From: Formosa sp. Hel1_33_131
GTDB taxonomy: Bacteria > Bacteroidota > Bacteroidia > Flavobacteriales > Flavobacteriaceae
Direction: 5' to 3'
NCBI GenBank assembly: GCA_949499105.1
Contig: CATEFX010000057.1
Location: forward strand, 13,336 to 77,335
Length of the DNA stretch: 64,000 bases
Shown: piece after piece, positions 59,434 through 64,000 of the stretch
How positions within the stretch are numbered: position 1 is the stretch's first letter
How the letters are laid out: each line of letters starts with the position of its first letter
Program-made: the position numbers and the translations under genes
Notes under the pieces: generated by a model
Told to the model about the DNA's origin: nothing
Seen by the model: the letters and a program-made list of their open reading frames with translations, nothing else
Database searches by the model: none

Positions 59434-61128
59434 ATGAAAATAATATATAATAGTATTCTTATCTTATTGATAGGGACCTGTAGTTTGACTGCTCAAGTGG
59501 GTATTGGAACCACCAATCCAAATGCGAATGCAGTCTTAGACATAACAAGTACCACCCAAGGGGTTGCTTTTCCGCGAATGAACACATCTCAAAGAACGAA
59601 TATAACTTTACCCGCTCAAGGACTTGTTGTCTTTGATACTGATTTAGATTGCCTCATGGTCAATAGAGGAAATGCAACCCACGACTGGCAGTGTTTAGGG
59701 GCGAGTACTTTAGAAATCATTGGAATGGATGCCGCAACGGGAGGCCCCACAGCAGTCACAGCTGTCCAAATTGCGGCCATTCCAGGAATTACTGGGGTTG
59801 ATCCCGCCCAAGAAGCCAATTATCAAGCCTATATTAATGCCAATACAGGTTCCTTCTCTTCGCCTGCGACTGTGGGTCAGGTACAAACGATGATAGATTT
59901 TTTTAATACCCCGCTTATTAGTATTCCGACTTCCATCACTTTATCAGAATTTGCAACCTATATGATTGCTTCGGTTTTTGACACAGATTATTTGCCATAT
60001 ACGCCGCCCTTAGTTGAGGCATCTACTGCCACTTCTCAAGCTGTTGATGGTACGCCTGACCTAAGCATCAATGAGCAAGGAACGATTACTACAACGGGAG
60101 CACAAATTGCGATTGATGTTACTACTTCAGGGAGTGGAACCTTGCCTGCATTCTCGCAATGGGTCAATATTTCAGCAGATCTGACCCAAGATGGTATTTC
60201 ACGTAGTATAGAATTGAGCTGGCCAAGTACCCCATATACCATAGCAACGACTTCCATTGCTGCTACGATCAAAGCGATTGGTGGCCCTTTGAACGCAAAA
60301 AAACTAGATATTCAAACGGGTATAGGGACCAGTGGTTTAGGTATTTTAATGGGCACCTTTAACTATCCCTATAATAATGCTGGAAACACCTACGACTTAC
60401 AAGTACGTACCATTGCAGGAATTCCAGATCGTAATTTCGCAAATTCAGATCATAAATTTTTATACTTACCAGTCACAAACCCTATTACAGGCAAAACCTG
60501 GTTAAATAATAATTTAGGAGCTGATTATAGTAATGTTAGTCACGCAAACTTTAGGATTAGTGATCAAGCAACAAGTACTAACGATTTTAATGCCTATGGT
60601 AGTTTGTTCCAATGGGGTCGGTATAGCGATGGGCACGAGCTTATAAATTGGGTGTCAGGTACTGCCTCGGATGGAGTAGAGCAAACTGCTAGTAGAGAGG
60701 AAAATGGTAGGTCTGCCACAATCACACCACTGTCTCCAAATCACGACGATTTTTATTATGGCCTAACGGATTGGCTCAACCCTAGGAGAGATGATTTATG
60801 GCAAGCAACTGGTGTGACGATTGGTTTAAATGATCCATGCCCAGCTGGTTTTAGGGTTCCTTCAAATGCGGAGTTGAATACAGAACATTTGTCTTGGGCA
60901 AATGATAATGCAGCTGGAGCACTCGCGAGTCCTTTAAAACTTTCGTCAGCAGGCTATCGCCAATCTACTCAAGGTACATTAACGAATGTGGGCACTAATG
61001 GTCGCTATAGGGCCTATACTTTTAGTACAAATTCGTCTGCCAATTATCTATTATTTAAATCTGGTTCTGCCTCGACTGATGATGAGCTTCGCTCTGCAGG
61101 CTTGAGTATCCGTTGTATTAAAGATTGA
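59434..61128 (+). CDS. Secreted FISUMP-like domain protein (module copy 2, gene C)
   Basis: Paralog of 55909..57612 at offset 3525 bp. Confidence 0.8.
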   Translation: MKIIYNSILILLIGTCSLTAQVGIGTTNPNANAVLDITSTTQGVAFPRMNTSQRTNITLPAQGLVVFDTDLDCLMVNRGNATHDWQCLGASTLEIIGMDAATGGPTAVTAVQIAAIPGITGVDPAQEANYQAYINANTGSFSSPATVGQVQTMIDFFNTPLISIPTSITLSEFATYMIASVFDTDYLPYTPPLVEASTATSQAVDGTPDLSINEQGTITTTGAQIAIDVTTSGSGTLPAFSQWVNISADLTQDGISRSIELSWPSTPYTIATTSIAATIKAIGGPLNAKKLDIQTGIGTSGLGILMGTFNYPYNNAGNTYDLQVRTIAGIPDRNFANSDHKFLYLPVTNPITGKTWLNNNLGADYSNVSHANFRISDQATSTNDFNAYGSLFQWGRYSDGHELINWVSGTASDGVEQTASREENGRSATITPLSPNHDDFYYGLTDWLNPRRDDLWQATGVTIGLNDPCPAGFRVPSNAELNTEHLSWANDNAAGALASPLKLSSAGYRQSTQGTLTNVGTNGRYRAYTFSTNSSANYLLFKSGSASTDDELRSAGLSIRCIKD

Positions 61129-61157
61129 TAAATTTAAAGCTAAATAATCTATATACT

Positions 61158-61200
61158 AAATGGACTAAAACAGCAAACTTAAAGCGGTTTTAGTCCATTT
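61158..61200. terminator. 14-bp hairpin between convergent genes
   Basis: aaatggactaaaac ... gttttagtccattt. Confidence 0.65.
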
Positions 61201-61356
61201 TACTATGCGCTATTTTGAAATATCCAATTCTCGAAACTCATAGTAATAATTTAGAATTCTCATGTCTTATTTGAGTAAGATTTAAAGATAGCTATGTTGA
61301 CCTTATGGCCTGTGGATACCCATAGCACTTCTCATGCATAAGTTAAAAAATGATAA

Positions 61357-61608
61357 TTAAATTAATTTCTTAAAAATTAAATTAAAAAGAAATAAAATAA
61401 TAATAGCACCAATCGCTCCAGTAAGGATGCTGCCCGTCCATCCTGAACCTAGGCTAATACCTAGCTTCCCGAGTGTCCAACTTCCAACAAAACTTCCAAT
61501 GACTCCTATAACTATGTTTCCAACAAGTCCTAGGCTACTGCCTTTAAATAGTTTGCTTCCTAGCCATCCAGCGATAGCACCAATAATAAGCGTTCCAATA
61601 ATTTCCAT
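61357..61608 (-). CDS. GlsB/YeaQ/YmgE (transglycosylase-associated) membrane protein
   Basis: IIGAIAGWLG, GLVGNIVIGVIGSFVG, GAIGAIIIL. Confidence 0.9.
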   Translation of the reverse strand: MEIIGTLIIGAIAGWLGSKLFKGSSLGLVGNIVIGVIGSFVGSWTLGKLGISLGSGWTGSILTGAIGAIIILFLFNLIFKKLI

Positions 61609-61782
61609 GTGATTTTGGGTTTAGATTAATAATAATACCTAAACTCATTTCAAAATAAAGTTAAACGAAATGACGCTTAATAAACGATAAGTGTCGTTTA
61701 TTTCATATTGAAGTATGAGGTTAAGTAGTTATAAATTTAATGAAAATTTCTTAAAAACGAGTCAATCTTCTAAAAAAAACGA

Positions 61783-62583
61783 TTAACGGTTGCGGCTTAG
61801 AATTTTATATTCTTCATAACATTCGCTAATCGCATCTAAAATTTGTAAGTCATTAGCAGTTCTAATAAAATCCTGTGAGTAATTACATTCACTAATTAGA
61901 AGGTCTAAATCAATTTTATCAACTTGCAGTAAAGCGATGAGCATTTCTCTGTCAAAACGGGAGGCAAGAAGGGTCCTAATTTCGTCTTGTTTTTTCATCT
62001 CGCGGAGCTTCCGCATTTCACGGGGTTTTTTTCCAAAAATATTGTGAAGAAAATCTGCCGGATTAAAAATCGCTCCCAAAACTTTCGTCACCATACTTGG
62101 GGATCGTGAACTCGATTCATATCCTGAATTTAATCCGGAGATGCTGTAGCGTACATTATTTTGAATCGGGACTTGCTTGATGTCAAGTTCTAAATAGCCT
62201 GTTAATTTGAGCCTGTTTACCACCACTTCTTCTAATGCTAATGCAAGCTCTGTGAGCTCTATAGTAGTAGAGGTACCATATTTTACCCAGTCATTACTCA
62301 CTTTTACTTTGATCGATTTATAGCCTAAGTAGGAGAGGTGTAAGGTGTCGTTGGCTTTAGCACGAATCTCAAAATCTCCTACAGAATTGGTGGTTGTTCC
62401 AATAACTTGATTTAAGTTCACAATATTCACACTTTCCATGGCGCTTAGGTTTTCAGATTTTACAATCTTTCCTTTGACGGTAGAATACGTTTGAGCAGTC
62501 CCAAAAAAAGGAGCAACCAAAAGTGATAAAAGTGTGAAATATAATTTCATTCTTAAATTTATGTCTATAAAAGTAGTAAACAA
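61783..62583 (-). CDS. Carboxypeptidase-like regulatory domain (CarboxypepD_reg-like) protein
   Basis: Signal peptide, VKGKI..VNIVN..GTTTN..G.FEI..DTLHLSYLGY..LEEVVV. Confidence 0.8.
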   Translation of the reverse strand: MFTTFIDINLRMKLYFTLLSLLVAPFFGTAQTYSTVKGKIVKSENLSAMESVNIVNLNQVIGTTTNSVGDFEIRAKANDTLHLSYLGYKSIKVKVSNDWVKYGTSTTIELTELALALEEVVVNRLKLTGYLELDIKQVPIQNNVRYSISGLNSGYESSSRSPSMVTKVLGAIFNPADFLHNIFGKKPREMRKLREMKKQDEIRTLLASRFDREMLIALLQVDKIDLDLLISECNYSQDFIRTANDLQILDAISECYEEYKILSRNR

Positions 62584-62639
62584 ATACTACACTAATATTG
62601 TGAATTTAGAATTTGACTAAATATTAACAAATCAGTTTA

Positions 62640-64000
62640 CTATCTACGACTTTTTCTTGCTCTTGAAAAATCACCACCACTCGGTTTAAAGTCTGAAGAT
62701 CTTCTTGGGGACCTGCTCGAAGAATCGCTATCACTTCGACGTCCTCTCGATTCAGATTTACTTCCAGAATCATTAGAACGCTCATTTCGACCTCTTCCGC
62801 CGCCGCCGTAACCACCACCGCCAGAACGACGTCCACCGCCGCCGCCGCCATAACCACCGCCGCCAGAACGACGTCCGCCACCGCCTCCGCCACCGCGATT
62901 GCGATCGCGACTCTTTTTCTCGGTAATTTCAACGTTTATAAAGCGTCCATCTTGTTTAAAGTCTGTAAAGAATTCTAAAACTTTTGCCTTATTTGATTCA
63001 TCAGTATTAAAAAATGCAAAACTATCTTTAACATCGACTTTATAAACATCATCTTGATTCAGTTGTAAAGTATCTCTTAAGAAATCTTTTAACTTCATCC
63101 AATCATAACCATCTTTGCTTCCAATATTGATAAAGAAACGCGCCGAGTTGTCATCAGCTCGATAATCTTCTTCGGAGTGGCTACTAGATTGTGATTTTAA
63201 ATCTTTAGATTTTTTATAATAATTAAAGAAGCGTGTGAATTCTGCTGAAAAGAATTTCTTGATCAATTCATCTTTAGTAACATCTTCAAATAAACTATTG
63301 ATATCATTTAAATACGGCTCAATATCTTGATTTATTTCTGTATCGTGAATTTTATTAGCGAGAGCTTTGAGCTGAACTTCACAAATTTCCATTCCGCTAG
63401 GCACTTCTTTTTTGATAAATTCTTTTTGAATGATACGTTCGATACTTTTAATTTTTCGAACCTCACTTTTAGAGGCAATTACCATAGAAATTCCTGTTTT
63501 TCCGGCACGACCTGTTCGACCGCTTCGGTGGGTATAAATTTCTATTTCATCGGGTAGTTGGTAGTTGATAACGTGTGTAATATCGTCCACATCAATTCCA
63601 CGAGCCGCCACATCCGTAGCAACAAGCATTTGAATTTGCTTGGCTCTAAATGACTTCATGACGACGTCACGCTGGTTTTGACTTAAATCTCCATGTAGGG
63701 CACCCGCACTATAACCATCTTCTATAAGTTGTTCCGCTACTTTCTGAGTATCTCTTTTAGTTCTACAAAAAATAACTGAAAATATCTCTGGATTCGCATC
63801 TGCCAAACGTTTTAATGCTTGGTAACGATCGCGAGCTCCAACTACGAAATATTCGTGGGAAACATTTTTGCTTCCCATGTTTTTATGTCCAACCGTTACT
63901 TCTGTAGGGCTGTCCATGAATTTTTTAGCAATTAAAGACACTTCTTTTGGCATAGTTGCCGAGAATAACCAAGTGCTTTTCTCTTTTGGAGTATAAGATA
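62640..64000 (-). CDS. DEAD-box RNA helicase (DeaD/CsdA-like, DbpA RNA-binding domain), runs off right edge
   Basis: LFSATMP, IFCRTK, LHGDLSQNQR, ATDVAARGID, YTHRSGRTGRAG, RFFINIG; Gly/Arg-rich tail. Confidence 0.95.
   Translation of the reverse strand, partial: SYTPKEKSTWLFSATMPKEVSLIAKKFMDSPTEVTVGHKNMGSKNVSHEYFVVGARDRYQALKRLADANPEIFSVIFCRTKRDTQKVAEQLIEDGYSAGALHGDLSQNQRDVVMKSFRAKQIQMLVATDVAARGIDVDDITHVINYQLPDEIEIYTHRSGRTGRAGKTGISMVIASKSEVRKIKSIERIIQKEFIKKEVPSGMEICEVQLKALANKIHDTEINQDIEPYLNDINSLFEDVTKDELIKKFFSAEFTRFFNYYKKSKDLKSQSSSHSEEDYRADDNSARFFINIGSKDGYDWMKLKDFLRDTLQLNQDDVYKVDVKDSFAFFNTDESNKAKVLEFFTDFKQDGRFINVEITEKKSRDRNRGGGGGGGRRSGGGGYGGGGGGRRSGGGGYGGGGRGRNERSNDSGSKSESRGRRSDSDSSSRSPRRSSDFKPSGGDFSRARKSRR
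62797..62880 (-). repeat. 42-bp coding tandem repeat x2 (GGRRSGGGGYGGGG)
   Basis: Units 62797-62838 and 62839-62880 in the helicase tail. Confidence 0.85.

Noticed and set aside
62624-62932. Ala/Val-rich 102-aa ORF and GC-rich repeat as a foreign insert
   Set aside because: An alternative frame of the Gly/Arg-rich helicase tail, a common low-complexity feature of DEAD-box proteins.

Overview
AT-rich chromosomal window from a marine-type Flavobacteriaceae (Bacteroidota), judged from gene content (PorV-like, Lnb-like and DUF5606/DUF2795 genes, Cys-less SecA tail) and recurrent TAnnTTTG promoter motifs. It is mostly housekeeping DNA: CtaA, CCA enzyme, TsaC, an LPS/LOS-core glycosyltransferase cluster, dapD, ruvX, def, MATE, meaB, secA, lptB, tatC, kdsD, recQ, PPIase, pyrG, yidC and a DEAD-box helicase. 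Two accessory regions stand out. Region 1 (about 22.1-31.9 kb) is an island with no integrase or classical transposase, lying between the convergent 3' ends of an M23 peptidase gene and secA. It holds an orphan DUF6428 gene bracketed by a duplicated M23 3' end, and a single gene with integron-cassette-like architecture (attC-like palindrome plus complementary GTTGGCATTA/TAATGCCAAC ends). It also holds a Type I R-M operon flanked by 266-bp direct repeats with a poly-A-frameshifted hsdS, a 562-bp REP-bounded GIY-YIG nuclease element with an 8-unit tandem array inserted exactly at the hsdS/hsdR junction between TTA direct repeats, and a 2OG-Fe(II) oxygenase. Region 2 (about 52.9-61.2 kb, downstream of yidC) holds two XRE regulators with AGGGC-N6-GCCCT palindromes and a tandemly duplicated three-gene secreted-protein module (PPP-ending protein, small QVGIGT protein, FISUMP-like protein). 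One copy of the module carries a clean four-way-junction RNA-like structure. All calls come from reading the sequence; no database searches were run.
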